Below, piece after piece: positions 1 through 11,074 of a DNA stretch of 64,000 nt. Both the position numbers and the translations under genes were made by a program. The notes beneath the pieces were generated by a model. It ran no database searches and was not told where the DNA came from. It saw only the letters and a list, made by a program, of their open reading frames with translations. Position 1 is the first letter of the stretch, and the number at the start of each line of letters is the position of its first letter. Source of the stretch: Candidatus Omnitrophota bacterium. Lineage in GTDB: Bacteria > Omnitrophota > Gorgyraeia > 2-01-FULL-45-10. The DNA is taken from NCBI GenBank assembly GCA_030695905.1, contig JAUYOL010000043.1:998-64997 (forward strand), read 5' to 3'.

Positions 1-1
1 T

Positions 2-1051
2 GAATTCATAGCGATGCTTCTGCTCGGTATCGTCATATACGCGTCACGGTGGCATGCTGCGTATCCGGCCATCGCTGTGTATATGTTCGATGAATTTATC
101 AGGGTAGCGATGCTTTTTTTCCTGATGATCAACGTTATTAATAATGAAGATGATTTGAAGCAGGCAGCGGGCGTACTGGTATCGGTAATATTCATTTTGG
201 TTCTTTACGCATATTACAGATATAAGACCGAAGGGTTCGAATACGCCGTCCCAAGCGTTTATTATGTTGATAGAAATTTTTTCGCGGAGTCCATTGTAGC
301 TGTCCTGCCCCTGGCGTTCACATTTTATGAGGAAAGTATCAGCAAATGGAAAAAGATTTTATTTTTGGGAATAACAGGTGTTATGGCAGGAGGCATAATC
401 CTCACATACTCCAGAGGTGGCTTATTGGCAATGGTAATAGTATTGGCTGCTCTGTTTATTAAATCCCGGAAGAAAATTATGATGATAGTAACCGCAATTC
501 TGGTATTGATCATCTTCTTGCCGCATATAGGGGATAAATATACCGGACGAATGGGCACTATAGCAACATACGAGGAAGACCCTTCTGCCATGATAAGAAT
601 AGCGACATGGCGATCGGGCATAAATATGCTGGAGAAGCACACGTTGCTTGGAGTCGGCGCCGGTAATTTCAACGATCTCTTTATCGACTACGCTCCGCCG
701 GAAATGAAAAAATACGCTGACTATACGATGAGCATACATAATATGTTTTTACAGATCTTTAGCGAAACAGGCCTGCTTGGCGGAGGGCTTTTTATATTTA
801 TTATCATAAGCTCATTGTTGGGGCTTTTGCGATTGAGGAAAGATAATAATGCGCTTGAAAGCGACAAAAGAATGAATCTGGCGCTTCCTTATGCCTTGGG
901 CGTAAGTTTGATAGGTTTCTGCGGGGCGGGCTTCTTTTTACCCGGGGCCTATTACGGATACCAGTATATTATTGTCGCGTTACTCGTCGTGAGCAAGTTG
1001 ATATATACAGACAGGATAAAAACGCTGATAGCCGCAAAGGCCGTAAAATGA
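2..1051 (+). CDS. O-antigen ligase/polymerase-like membrane protein (putative O-glycosylation ligase of an exosortase/PEP-CTERM EPS locus); 5'-truncated
   Basis: Many hydrophobic segments; Wzy_C-like motifs [30 protein letters not shown]; frame is open to the window start. Confidence 0.8.
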   Translation, partial: EFIAMLLLGIVIYASRWHAAYPAIAVYMFDEFIRVAMLFFLMINVINNEDDLKQAAGVLVSVIFILVLYAYYRYKTEGFEYAVPSVYYVDRNFFAESIVAVLPLAFTFYEESISKWKKILFLGITGVMAGGIILTYSRGGLLAMVIVLAALFIKSRKKIMMIVTAILVLIIFLPHIGDKYTGRMGTIATYEEDPSAMIRIATWRSGINMLEKHTLLGVGAGNFNDLFIDYAPPEMKKYADYTMSIHNMFLQIFSETGLLGGGLFIFIIISSLLGLLRLRKDNNALESDKRMNLALPYALGVSLIGFCGAGFFLPGAYYGYQYIIVALLVVSKLIYTDRIKTLIAAKAVK

Positions 1052-1563
1052 GAATTCTCGCAATACTATGTTATCAATTATTCGCTAAGCGCCTGCCGCG
1101 TTCATACGAATTTGGGGTTATAGGTGTATTGTCAAGATGGACGCGAAATGGCTTATGCAGGATGATTATTAAGGATGCGCCGCCGACAATATTTGTCGAA
1201 AGGGGCGCAGATTTCGGCAGCGGGAAGAACCTTGTTTTAAAAGAATACGCCTGCATAGGGGAAAATGCCAGATTTATGGGCGAAGGCAAAATTACGATAG
1301 GACGCCATGCGATGATGGGGCCGGATGTAATGATCATAACCAGTGATCACAAGATGAAAAAAGAAGGGTTTGATGGTTATGTGTCAAAGGATGTGGAGAT
1401 AGGCGACCATGCCTGGATAGGTGCCAGGGCCATTATCCTGAAGGGTGTGAAGATAGGAAAACATGGAGTGATTGGGGCCGGAGCCGTGGTTACATGCGAT
1501 GTACCGGATCATTCTATAGTTGGTGGCGTGCCAGCGAAAGTAATTAAATACCGGAGCGATTAG
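1048..1563 (+). CDS. Hexapeptide-repeat (left-handed beta-helix) sugar O-acetyltransferase
   Basis: [20 protein letters not shown]...GAGAVVT..VP...VGGVPAKVI; ATGA overlap with the upstream gene. Confidence 0.9.
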   Translation: MRILAILCYQLFAKRLPRSYEFGVIGVLSRWTRNGLCRMIIKDAPPTIFVERGADFGSGKNLVLKEYACIGENARFMGEGKITIGRHAMMGPDVMIITSDHKMKKEGFDGYVSKDVEIGDHAWIGARAIILKGVKIGKHGVIGAGAVVTCDVPDHSIVGGVPAKVIKYRSD

Positions 1564-3813
1564 ATGCACATAGCTATTGTTAACGAAGCATATTTTAAAG
1601 ATTCAGGCATTCCTACTCATATCCGGGCGTATGTATCAGAACTGGCAATGCTCGGGAATAAAGTGAGCATATTTGCCACGGATGTAGAAAAATCCGGTAA
1701 TAATGGTTTAGTATCATTCGTCAAGGTTAGAAAAACGCACCATGTATTTTTTAAGATGTTGCTATTTTTTCGCGCAATTAAAGCGCATCTTCAAACAGGC
1801 AAGGTAGACATTATTCATGCGCATGATAGCATAGCGTTTATATCATGCTGGCTTGTTGGAAAAATATATAAAATACCAGTAGTATCCACGTGTCATGGAA
1901 CTATATATCAAAAAAATATAGCGCTTGACTATGGTTTCAGGCTAAGGGCGCTTTATAAAATTACAGACAGATTGGTCGCGTTACTTAGCGCCAGAGTAGT
2001 AGCTATTAGCAAAGAGGTAGGTAGTATTTTAGTCGCAATAGGAGCTAAGAATAGGAATATCAAGGTTATTCCGGGAATATATGAAAAGTCCATATTTTCT
2101 ATAGCTGATCAGCCGAAAGAGTTTAGAACCGGCAAGAGAACATGTTTATTTGTAGGAGCCTTGCGGCCGATAAAGGGAGTCGGATATTTAGTCGACGCTA
2201 TTCCAGAAGTCGTGAAAACCATAAAAGACTTTGAGTTACTGTTAATAGGTCCGGCCCAGAGCGATCAGAAGGAGAAGGTATTATCCCAAATCAATGCGTT
2301 AGGAATGGGGCGCTATATTAAATATATGGGTTATGTGGCAAAAAAGGAGTTAGCGGATTATTATATGAAAGCAGATCTTTTTATAGTGCCATCGCTCAAT
2401 GAGCCTCAAGGCCTGGTCATCCTGGAGGCGATGAGTTTTGCTCTGCCAGTGGTTGCTTCCAACATAGGGGGTATCCCTGATATGATAAAAGACGGCGTTA
2501 ATGGCCTGCTTGTCCCTCCCGGTGATTCCGGAGAAACTGCGCGAGCAATAATAAAAATATTGTCAGATAAATCGCTATATGAAGCATGTTCCCGCGGATC
2601 CTGGGCATACATGAATGATAACCCAAGCGAAAAAAATGCTGTTGACTTAGTTGCTCTTTACAATGATGCGATAAAGGAAAGCATTAATAGATGTCCACAA
2701 CGCGATGATAAAATAAAAGTTATGCATATACTTCTCAGTCTTGAATGCGGCGGTGCCGAAAAAGTGGCAGTGAATCTTATTAAAAAGTTAAATGGAGATA
2801 AATTCGACTTTTCGGTCTGTGTTTTGGATAGGACGGGAGCGCTTAAAGATGAATTGGGGGGCAGCATAAAAATAGAGTGCATGAACAGGAAAAGCGGATT
2901 TGATTTTTTATTACCCTTAAGATTGGCGAAAGCGATAAGAAGGACAGCCCCTGATGTAATACATATGCACAATTCCTCCGCTTTATTATACGGAACAATG
3001 GCAGCAAAGCTGGCTGGTTTTAATAATATGATTGTTACGCAGCATGGCAGCGTATTGGCAGAAAGCAAAAAGATGCAGTTGATCATAAAACAGCTTTCGA
3101 AAATAGTGGATAAGAATATAACGGTATCTTCTGACATAGAAGGGTATCTTAAAAAACATTTTGGGGTTAAGGGGGAGAAGGTTCATACGATCATAAATGG
3201 TATCGACGATCAGCTGCATAGACAGGATGCTGTGCAAAGAATAGTCGAAAGAAGAAAATTTGGCCTTGAAGACAAGGTAGTCATAGGTCATGTCGCTCGG
3301 TTATCACCGGAAAAAGATCAAAAAAACCTTTTGGAGGCCTTCGCCTTGGTGGCGGAACATATTGATAATGCCAATCTGGTAATCGTGGGAGACGGCCCAT
3401 CAAAGCGTGACTTAGAGGATATTGCCAAGAAGCTTAAGGTATGGGATAAAGTTATATTTATGGGGTTTCAAAGAGACATACAGGCTATGTTAAACATGTT
3501 TGATATGTTCGTGTTGTCATCCTCAAGGGAAGGAACGTCTCTGACACTTATAGAGGCCATGTCTACAAGCTTACCGGTTATAGCTACAAATGTCGGTGGC
3601 AATCCCAAGGTAGTAGACGATAAAAAAACAGGGTTAATAGTTCCGCCGCAAGATCCGTCCAGCCTGGCCCAGGCAATGATATATCTATGCAGAAATCCGA
3701 AAGATAGAGAAAATATGGGCATAGCAGGACGGCAGCGCGTGGTGGAGGGCTTTGGCCTGGGTAAGATGGCCGACAAGTATGCCGGCCTTTATACGGAGCT
3801 TGCAAATAAATGA
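1564..3813 (+). CDS. Tandem double GT4 glycosyltransferase (two GT-B modules fused)
   Basis: Two E-x7-E motifs (EPQGLVILEAM, EGTSLTLIEAM); the second module starts at KIKVMHILLSLECGGAEK. Confidence 0.9.
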   Translation: MHIAIVNEAYFKDSGIPTHIRAYVSELAMLGNKVSIFATDVEKSGNNGLVSFVKVRKTHHVFFKMLLFFRAIKAHLQTGKVDIIHAHDSIAFISCWLVGKIYKIPVVSTCHGTIYQKNIALDYGFRLRALYKITDRLVALLSARVVAISKEVGSILVAIGAKNRNIKVIPGIYEKSIFSIADQPKEFRTGKRTCLFVGALRPIKGVGYLVDAIPEVVKTIKDFELLLIGPAQSDQKEKVLSQINALGMGRYIKYMGYVAKKELADYYMKADLFIVPSLNEPQGLVILEAMSFALPVVASNIGGIPDMIKDGVNGLLVPPGDSGETARAIIKILSDKSLYEACSRGSWAYMNDNPSEKNAVDLVALYNDAIKESINRCPQRDDKIKVMHILLSLECGGAEKVAVNLIKKLNGDKFDFSVCVLDRTGALKDELGGSIKIECMNRKSGFDFLLPLRLAKAIRRTAPDVIHMHNSSALLYGTMAAKLAGFNNMIVTQHGSVLAESKKMQLIIKQLSKIVDKNITVSSDIEGYLKKHFGVKGEKVHTIINGIDDQLHRQDAVQRIVERRKFGLEDKVVIGHVARLSPEKDQKNLLEAFALVAEHIDNANLVIVGDGPSKRDLEDIAKKLKVWDKVIFMGFQRDIQAMLNMFDMFVLSSSREGTSLTLIEAMSTSLPVIATNVGGNPKVVDDKKTGLIVPPQDPSSLAQAMIYLCRNPKDRENMGIAGRQRVVEGFGLGKMADKYAGLYTELANK

Positions 3814-6119
3814 AAGTTTTGGTATTTACAACATTATTTCCTAACAGCAAGATGCCGAATCACGGCATATTTGTCAAAACGAGAGTTAAGAACCTGGCAA
3901 AGGTATGTGATGTGCGGGTCATTGCGCCCATACCGCATTTTCCTAAAATAAATATAAATAAGAAATGGTTTAAGTTTAGCCAGGTCCCGACAGAGGAAGA
4001 GATAGATGGATTGAAGGTATATCATCCGCGCTACTTCGTAATGCCGAAATTCTGTCGGTCGCTCTATGCTTTTTTCATGTTTATAGATGTCCTAAGATTT
4101 GTGAAAAGGATTAAGAAAGAATTTGACTTTGATGTTATAGACGGGCATTTCATCTATCCGGATGGGCTTGCCGCGGTACTATTGGGGGCGGTTTTGAGAA
4201 AAAAGGTAATAGTTACGGCGAGAGGGACAGACATTAACTGGTATTCCAATTTTTGGATAATAAGAACCCTGATACGATATTGCCTGAAGAGGGCAGATGC
4301 TGTCATATCGGTAAATAGTGATCTAAAAAATAAGATGGTAGAATTAGGAATAGATGCAGATAAGATAAAAGTTATAAATAACGGAGTTGATTTTAGCAAA
4401 TTCTATGCTATGTCAAAAACAGAAGCGAAACGCGCTTTGGGCATAGCTAATAATAAAAAGGTGTTATTATCAGCCGGTAATCTTATCGAAACAAAAGGAT
4501 TTCATATTTTAATAAACGCTTTTTCGCTTATTAAAAATAAAGATGCCGTTCTCTATATTATAGGAGAAGGCCCTTATAGAAAAAATTTGGAAGCGCTTAT
4601 AGCAAGGGTCGGCTTGAAAGATAGAATAATGCTTGTTGGAGAGGTGCCGCATAATGAGCTTTATAAATGGTATTCTGCGGCTGATTTATTCTGCCTGACA
4701 AGTTTACGTGAGGGGTGGCCAAACGTCATACTTGAATCTTTATCCTGCGGTACACCGGCCCTTACTATGAATAAGTGGAGCCTATCCGAACTTATCGATA
4801 AAAACATGGGAATTTTGCTGGATTCTTATGAGCCGGTGACGATAGCTATGGCTATAGAAGTTGCCATAGACAGGCAGTGGGATGGGAAGAGTATAGCGGG
4901 TAATATGCAGAATTACAGCTGGGATGATACCACCAGTAAGTTATCGGAATTATTCAAAAAAACATTGCAAAGAGAAGATGTCTTATTTTTCTCATCAGAT
5001 GACTGGAATAGCGGCCTTAAGACGAGTAAATATCATATAGCAACCAGGCTGGCCAGGGATAGCAGGGTTTTCTTCATAAATTCTATAGGCTTAAGAACCC
5101 CATCTGTTACATCGCATGACTTTAAAAGAGTGATTGCGAAAATACGCGGATTTTTTAAAGGAGTCAAACAAATTAATAAGAATCTTTTTGTGTATACTCC
5201 GATAGCCGTTCCATTCCAGAAACATGGTTTTGTGCGATTTATGAATAATATGATAATAACCTTTCAAATAAAGATGATCATGCGCAGATTTAATATCAAA
5301 AGGCCAGCGGTATGGACATTTTTGCCGAATTCATTGGGCGTTATAAGAAAGATCGAAAGAAAACGCATTATCTATTATTGCGTCGATGATATGAGCGCGT
5401 TTAAAGGGGTTCCGGCAGATGTTATCAGCCGTCTGGATAGCGAGATGACAAGGCAGGCGGATATTGTATTTGCCGTTTCACAGGAGCTATTCAAAAAGAA
5501 GAAGGCAATAAATGAGAATACGTTTTATTCGCCTCACGGTGTTGACTTTGAACTTTTTAATAAGGCGGTGGTGGAAAAAGGTGTTATGAAACCGGCAGAT
5601 ATCGAAGATATAGGGCGCCCTATCATAGGATTCTACGGTCTGATATCCGGCGATTGGATAGATTATGATCTTATTCGTTTTCTTGCGCAAAAAAGGCCGG
5701 CTTGGTCATTTGTATTCGTAGGCAAGATAGATGCGGTTAAAGAAGGGCCGCCGAGGGCCAATAATATTTACTATTTGTCTGTGAAGCCCTATGAGGAACT
5801 ATACAAATACAGCCGTTTCTTTGATGTCGCGATGTTGCCATTTAATATAAATCAGCTTACCATGCATTCGCATCCTTTGAAGATACTTGAATATTTGTCA
5901 GCGGGCAAGCCGGTGGTTTCGATAGCAATTCCTGAAGTCATGAGATATGCCGATGTTATAGAAATAGCAGCCCGTTATGAAGAATTTTTAGATAAGATAG
6001 AAAGATCGCTTAAGCTTAACGACAGGAATGCTGTGGAGAGCCGTGTAAGATTTGCATCTTCCAACTCATGGGAAAAGAGATTCGATGAAATACAAAAAGC
6101 CATTGCTTATCACATGTAG
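3810..6119 (+). CDS. Tandem double GT4 glycosyltransferase (TuaC/WlbH-like plus TuaH-like modules)
   Basis: MKVLVFTTLFPN, HFIYPDG, EGWPNVILESL in module 1; YYCVDD, PLKILEYLSAGKPVV in module 2. Confidence 0.88.
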   Translation: MKVLVFTTLFPNSKMPNHGIFVKTRVKNLAKVCDVRVIAPIPHFPKININKKWFKFSQVPTEEEIDGLKVYHPRYFVMPKFCRSLYAFFMFIDVLRFVKRIKKEFDFDVIDGHFIYPDGLAAVLLGAVLRKKVIVTARGTDINWYSNFWIIRTLIRYCLKRADAVISVNSDLKNKMVELGIDADKIKVINNGVDFSKFYAMSKTEAKRALGIANNKKVLLSAGNLIETKGFHILINAFSLIKNKDAVLYIIGEGPYRKNLEALIARVGLKDRIMLVGEVPHNELYKWYSAADLFCLTSLREGWPNVILESLSCGTPALTMNKWSLSELIDKNMGILLDSYEPVTIAMAIEVAIDRQWDGKSIAGNMQNYSWDDTTSKLSELFKKTLQREDVLFFSSDDWNSGLKTSKYHIATRLARDSRVFFINSIGLRTPSVTSHDFKRVIAKIRGFFKGVKQINKNLFVYTPIAVPFQKHGFVRFMNNMIITFQIKMIMRRFNIKRPAVWTFLPNSLGVIRKIERKRIIYYCVDDMSAFKGVPADVISRLDSEMTRQADIVFAVSQELFKKKKAINENTFYSPHGVDFELFNKAVVEKGVMKPADIEDIGRPIIGFYGLISGDWIDYDLIRFLAQKRPAWSFVFVGKIDAVKEGPPRANNIYYLSVKPYEELYKYSRFFDVAMLPFNINQLTMHSHPLKILEYLSAGKPVVSIAIPEVMRYADVIEIAARYEEFLDKIERSLKLNDRNAVESRVRFASSNSWEKRFDEIQKAIAYHM

Positions 6120-8529
6120 TATTATTTTTGCGGGTTTAATCATTGCCAAGTGTGGAAATATGCCCGCGCTGGCTCAGGCAAGAGCGTTTATAGAAAAAGC
6201 CGAGCGGCATACACATGCGCTTCAGGGAATAAAAAATAAGGTTGACGCGGTAAAAGAGACATTTGAGGTCAAGGCGCCATCAATAAATATAGATGTGGAT
6301 GCCGCGAAGAACGGGCCTATCTACGGCGATCCGGAAGGGCTCGTGCGGGTCAAGGCACTTGAGGCAAAATTGCATAATATCGGGATAAAGAAAGACCACC
6401 CCAGAATATTCCTAGATCCTGATAATATAAATGTATGCAGGCAGCGTATCCTCAGGCGTCATCCGGCATTTAATAACATCATAGATCTTGCCGAGAAAGG
6501 CGATATTGTTAATCTGGCGTTCCTATATCTTATGAGGGAACATGATAATCCTGCTACAGCGTTACGGTGTTCAAAAGAGGTTATCAGGATGCTCGTGGAT
6601 AATGATCCTACGACCGGCGACAAAAGATTTGTCGGCAGAGAGATCGCCAAGATGGCGCTTGCCTTTGATTGGATATATAACGCCATGACAGATTCCCAGA
6701 GGAAGTATGTGGCCGAGAAATTATCTAACCTGGCAGGCATTAAAAAAAGAGCCAAAGCTATCAGGGAAGGATTAAAAGAGACGGGCGAGACATTTCATCG
6801 TGAGGACTGGATGTTTGATTCTTACCGGGCGTGGCCGGAAATTGCACTTGCGCACCATGTTCCGGATGCGGAATTTGTCTATAAATCGAGATGGAACCAT
6901 GATTGGTTTTGGGGAGACGCGGCGAGAATGTATGCGTATGCCGCAGACGGAACGCCTTTTGAGGGGTATTATGCAGGCGCGGATGGCGTAGATTGGTTTC
7001 TTGCGCTTAAGTCCGCTACCGGTATAAATTTAATAGACGGGGAAGATTACCCATGGTTTAAGAATACCGCTTACTATATATTCTATAGGCTGGATTTAGA
7101 GAGAGGGAGAGAGGCTTTACATCACGGTGTTACTATCGGAGGCGCTGGCTGTATTTCATATACAGAGGGATCGGTTGCATGGAAGATGAAAAAATTTTTA
7201 GGAAGGACCCTTCCCCTTGCCTACGAAAATCCATATATAAAATGGGTGGGCAATCATCAAATAGGTGTTTCGGATTGGATTCTTACAACGACCGGTTATG
7301 GCGGGCTGGAGGAGCTTGGCCCTATAGCAAGCGTCCTGTTTGATGACCTGCATGCCGAGAGTATTAGTCCTAATGATGCTGCGTATGAAAACTTTCCATA
7401 CGCAAAATTATTTTCGGGAGGAGATGAAGCGTATATGAGAAGTGGATGGACCGGGAAGCCCACGATAATTGGATTTAGATCCGCCCCTGCTTATACAAAA
7501 ACAAGTCATGGCGATTTTGATGTTAATACTTTTGTTATTTATAAGGATGGCGTCCTCGCTCCGGATTCAGGTGTTTACGATGCATATGTCGGCCAATCCA
7601 ATTATTTTTGCTACCAGAAGAATACAGCTGCCCATAATAATATTTTGGTGATAGACCCTTTTAGGCCTGATGAGCCAAAAAAGTTTGGGACAGCACCTGA
7701 TCCCGGAGGTGTTGATTTTGTTTTTACCAGAACCTTTGGCGCATCCAGCCGCTTTGGCAGGGAGGATGAATTTTTGCATAATCCACACGCGGATTGGGCG
7801 GATCTCGCGGCTTTTAAAACTACGCCAAATTATGATTATGTGGTGGGTAAGGCTAACAAGGCCTATAGAGACAGGCTGGATAAATATTATAGGACACTCG
7901 TATTTATAAGAAAAGGTAATGGTGGATATCTAATAGTTTATGATCAACTGAAACTAAAAAACAAAAATTATCAGATAAAATGGCTCCTTCACTTGGTAAC
8001 AGAGCCGGTTATAAAAGGTCAAATAGTAAAGAGTGAAGTGCCCGGCCACATAGAAATATATAAAGGTTATTATTTAAATGCTAAAAATGTATTTAATACG
8101 TCGAGCTTGTTTCTTAAAACGTTAAAACCGGAAAATTATCTTATCAGAAAAGTGGGCGGGTCGGGTTATGAATATTGGGTAGATGGCTCTAAGCCAAAGA
8201 ACTACCCTGTGGCTGATAGCGAGAAAAAAAGGATAGAGGAGCAGATGGGTGGAAAATGGCAGGAAGCCGGAACTTGGCGCATAGAGATTATGCCTCAAGA
8301 TAAAAGAGATCAGCACGATTTTATAAATGTATTTTATATAGGCGATGCCGATGAACAGCCAAATCCTAACGCCATCTCGCTAAAAGAGGATGCTTCAAGT
8401 TATATCATAAATATAGAGGATGAGCTTGCGCCGACAACTGTAACGTTTTTAAAGGGCGAAGAGCCCAAGGGAAGTATAATTATTAAAGATAAAATAAATG
8501 ATACCTTTCCCGATGTTAAGAAGAGATAA
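6085..8529 (+). CDS. Secreted heparinase II/III-like polysaccharide lyase
   Basis: N-terminal signal/anchor from the ATG at 6085; HPRIFL, ALAFDWIY, YMRSGW, HGDFDVNTFVIYKDGVLAPDSG, AHNNIL, WLLH, GTWRIEI motifs. Confidence 0.75.
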   Translation: MKYKKPLLITCSIIFAGLIIAKCGNMPALAQARAFIEKAERHTHALQGIKNKVDAVKETFEVKAPSINIDVDAAKNGPIYGDPEGLVRVKALEAKLHNIGIKKDHPRIFLDPDNINVCRQRILRRHPAFNNIIDLAEKGDIVNLAFLYLMREHDNPATALRCSKEVIRMLVDNDPTTGDKRFVGREIAKMALAFDWIYNAMTDSQRKYVAEKLSNLAGIKKRAKAIREGLKETGETFHREDWMFDSYRAWPEIALAHHVPDAEFVYKSRWNHDWFWGDAARMYAYAADGTPFEGYYAGADGVDWFLALKSATGINLIDGEDYPWFKNTAYYIFYRLDLERGREALHHGVTIGGAGCISYTEGSVAWKMKKFLGRTLPLAYENPYIKWVGNHQIGVSDWILTTTGYGGLEELGPIASVLFDDLHAESISPNDAAYENFPYAKLFSGGDEAYMRSGWTGKPTIIGFRSAPAYTKTSHGDFDVNTFVIYKDGVLAPDSGVYDAYVGQSNYFCYQKNTAAHNNILVIDPFRPDEPKKFGTAPDPGGVDFVFTRTFGASSRFGREDEFLHNPHADWADLAAFKTTPNYDYVVGKANKAYRDRLDKYYRTLVFIRKGNGGYLIVYDQLKLKNKNYQIKWLLHLVTEPVIKGQIVKSEVPGHIEIYKGYYLNAKNVFNTSSLFLKTLKPENYLIRKVGGSGYEYWVDGSKPKNYPVADSEKKRIEEQMGGKWQEAGTWRIEIMPQDKRDQHDFINVFYIGDADEQPNPNAISLKEDASSYIINIEDELAPTTVTFLKGEEPKGSIIIKDKINDTFPDVKKR

Positions 8530-8533
8530 TAAT

Positions 8534-9295
8534 ATGAGTTTATTAAGAAAGATAGAACAGTTATTTGGCAATTTCACAGTTCATAATGGTATCGTCGTAT
8601 TGACATATCATAGGGTGAATGATGCGCTCCCAAGATCTGCCCTCGTTGTGGACCCTAAAGAATTCTCAGCTCAAATGTTATTTTTGAGCGCCTATAGGAA
8701 TGCTTTTCAGATTATTGGAGTAGATGAGATGCTGGGATGGTTCAATCACGCGCCGATGAAGGATAATAAAAAGACTAAAATAGTGATAACATTTGATGAT
8801 GGATACAAGGATAATTATACTCATGCATTTCCTGTATTAAGAAAGTATTGTTTTCCCGCAACAATATTTTTGACCACAGGCCGTATAAATAGCGAGGGCA
8901 AGGAATATCTTAATACAAGTGAAATAGATGAAATGATGAGGGCGGGAATAACCTTTGGAGCGCATACGAGGACACATCCGTATCTGTCCAGGATAGATAC
9001 GAAGCAGATCAATGAGGAGCTGGCCGATTCGCATAGAGCCTTGGAAAATATTGCGGGTAAGCAGAGCGTACCCTTCTGCTATCCGTATGGAGATTATAAT
9101 GAATACGTAAAAAATACGGTAAAAGCAACCGGGTTTTCCTGCGCCTTTTCAGTAAGCCCGGGTATAAATTATCCCGGCCAGGATATCTTTGAGATAAAGA
9201 GGATAGATATTCTTGGTAATGATAATTTTTCATCGTTTAAATATAAGATAACGGATAAATATGAAAACTCTTGCGTACCACTCAATAGGGGATAG
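8534..9295 (+). CDS. Polysaccharide deacetylase (CE4/NodB, IcaB/PgaB-like)
   Basis: LTYHRV, ITFDDGY, GAHTRTHP, FCYPYG; start chosen at 8534 after the upstream stop. Confidence 0.9.
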   Translation: MSLLRKIEQLFGNFTVHNGIVVLTYHRVNDALPRSALVVDPKEFSAQMLFLSAYRNAFQIIGVDEMLGWFNHAPMKDNKKTKIVITFDDGYKDNYTHAFPVLRKYCFPATIFLTTGRINSEGKEYLNTSEIDEMMRAGITFGAHTRTHPYLSRIDTKQINEELADSHRALENIAGKQSVPFCYPYGDYNEYVKNTVKATGFSCAFSVSPGINYPGQDIFEIKRIDILGNDNFSSFKYKITDKYENSCVPLNRG

Positions 9296-9920
9296 CGTAG
9301 CCGAGATTGGAGCTGGCCTTTACTGTGTGCCTGAAGGAGATTTTAGGAGTCAGATGGAGTATCTGTCTGCATTAAAGGACAGGCCTTTGCTGACGTTTGA
9401 TGATGGAGACATAACCAATTATACCAAAGCGCTGCCTATTCTCAAAGAATTCGGGATGAGAGCGAGTTTTTTTATAATAGGAGAATGGGTAGGTAAAAAT
9501 GGATACATGGATTGGAGTCAGATAAAAAATTTGCAGGATAACGGAATGACTATTGGCGCGCATGGCATGACGCACAGGATATTAACAGAACTTAACGATG
9601 ACGAGCTATCTTATGAGTTAATGGAATCAAAACGCCTTCTGGAAGAGCATTTGGATTGTAGTATTGCCACGTTATCCATCCCCCGCGGTTTTTATAATAA
9701 AAGGGTTATGGATAAGGCCAAGGAGATTGGTTACGACACAATATTTACATCAGATGATAGGATTGTCATAAGATCCGATTGGGATTTAAATCGTTTTATG
9801 AATATAATTAATAACGGCCCTTCATTTATTGATAGAACCAAAAAATTTATAAAAAATTCAGCCAGAAGAACATTAGGCGATAAAAATTATGACAAGATAA
9901 GGTCGGGGCTATTAAAATGA
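9261..9920 (+). CDS. Polysaccharide deacetylase (CE4/NodB)
   Basis: LAYH, LTFDDG, GAHGMTH, SIPRG. Confidence 0.88.
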   Translation: MKTLAYHSIGDSVAEIGAGLYCVPEGDFRSQMEYLSALKDRPLLTFDDGDITNYTKALPILKEFGMRASFFIIGEWVGKNGYMDWSQIKNLQDNGMTIGAHGMTHRILTELNDDELSYELMESKRLLEEHLDCSIATLSIPRGFYNKRVMDKAKEIGYDTIFTSDDRIVIRSDWDLNRFMNIINNGPSFIDRTKKFIKNSARRTLGDKNYDKIRSGLLK

Positions 9921-11074
9921 TAATAATTTTTTGGATATCGATTTTGATGCTTTTTTATACCTATATAGGGTATCCCATATATGTATTCGTCAGGGCAAAG
10001 CGCTATAAAAATGCTGTCTTAAAAGACGCCGATTTTAGGCCGAAGGTCTCTGTTATTATGTCCGCATATAATGAAGGATCGTATATAGAGAAGAAGATCA
10101 AAAACCTTCTGGAGTCCAGCTATCCTAAGGACGACTTAGAAACATTGGTCGGTTCAGACGGGTCGACAGACGCTACCGATCAGATACTTTCACGCATGGC
10201 AGACAAAAGAGTAAAGGTTTTTTGCTATAAAGATCGGCGTGGAAAGCCCAGCGTCCTGAATGACCTGGTCCTGCAGGCAACCGGCGAGATATTGGTATTC
10301 TGTGATGTGCGCCAATTATTTGAAAAAAGCGCCATATCGGAGCTGGTATCAAATTTTTCCGATGAGAATATCGGATGCGTAAGCGGCGAGCTCATTTTTA
10401 AAAGTCTTGCGCAGGACACAGAAATTGCAAAAGGCGTGGGTGCGTATTGGGATTATGAAAAGTTTATCAGAAGGTGTGAAAGCGCTGTCCATTCTATGGT
10501 GGGTGCCACAGGCGCTATATATGCTATAAGAAAAGCCCTGTATTTGCCTGTGCCTTCCGATATAGTTCTCGATGACGTGTATATACCGCTTAATATCTCC
10601 AGGATGGGGTATAGAACAATATTGGATCAGGACGCAAAGGCTTACGACAGGCCTGCCATGGAGACATCAGAAGAATATAGAAGGAAGGTGAGGACATTGG
10701 CCGGAAACTACCAGATATTTTCTATGTTCAAGGATCTATTGGTGCCATTTTTGAGACCGGTATCATTAGCGCTGGTATCACATAAATTATTCCGTGTTAT
10801 TGCGCCATTTTTCATGATATCGGTTTTTGTGAGTAATCTGTTTATGGCGATGGAGGGCTCATATATTTTATTCTTGATGGCACAAATCGCGTTTTATGCA
10901 CTGGCTATAGTGGGCGCCCTTACATGCCGGCAAAAAAATAAGAAGTTTGTCATCAAGATAGCATCGACAGCCTACATCTTCTGCTTTCTTAATTTTACGG
11001 CTATCGTAGGTCTTTACAGATTTTTATCCGGAAAACAGAAGATAGCATGGGAAAGGTCAGAAGTCCGTGGATAA
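9917..11074 (+). CDS. GT2 membrane glycosyltransferase (CESA-like)
   Basis: AYNE, SDGSTD, GKP, GATGAIYAIR, DD, RRKVR; N- and C-terminal TM segments. Confidence 0.9.
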   Translation: MIIIFWISILMLFYTYIGYPIYVFVRAKRYKNAVLKDADFRPKVSVIMSAYNEGSYIEKKIKNLLESSYPKDDLETLVGSDGSTDATDQILSRMADKRVKVFCYKDRRGKPSVLNDLVLQATGEILVFCDVRQLFEKSAISELVSNFSDENIGCVSGELIFKSLAQDTEIAKGVGAYWDYEKFIRRCESAVHSMVGATGAIYAIRKALYLPVPSDIVLDDVYIPLNISRMGYRTILDQDAKAYDRPAMETSEEYRRKVRTLAGNYQIFSMFKDLLVPFLRPVSLALVSHKLFRVIAPFFMISVFVSNLFMAMEGSYILFLMAQIAFYALAIVGALTCRQKNKKFVIKIASTAYIFCFLNFTAIVGLYRFLSGKQKIAWERSEVRG

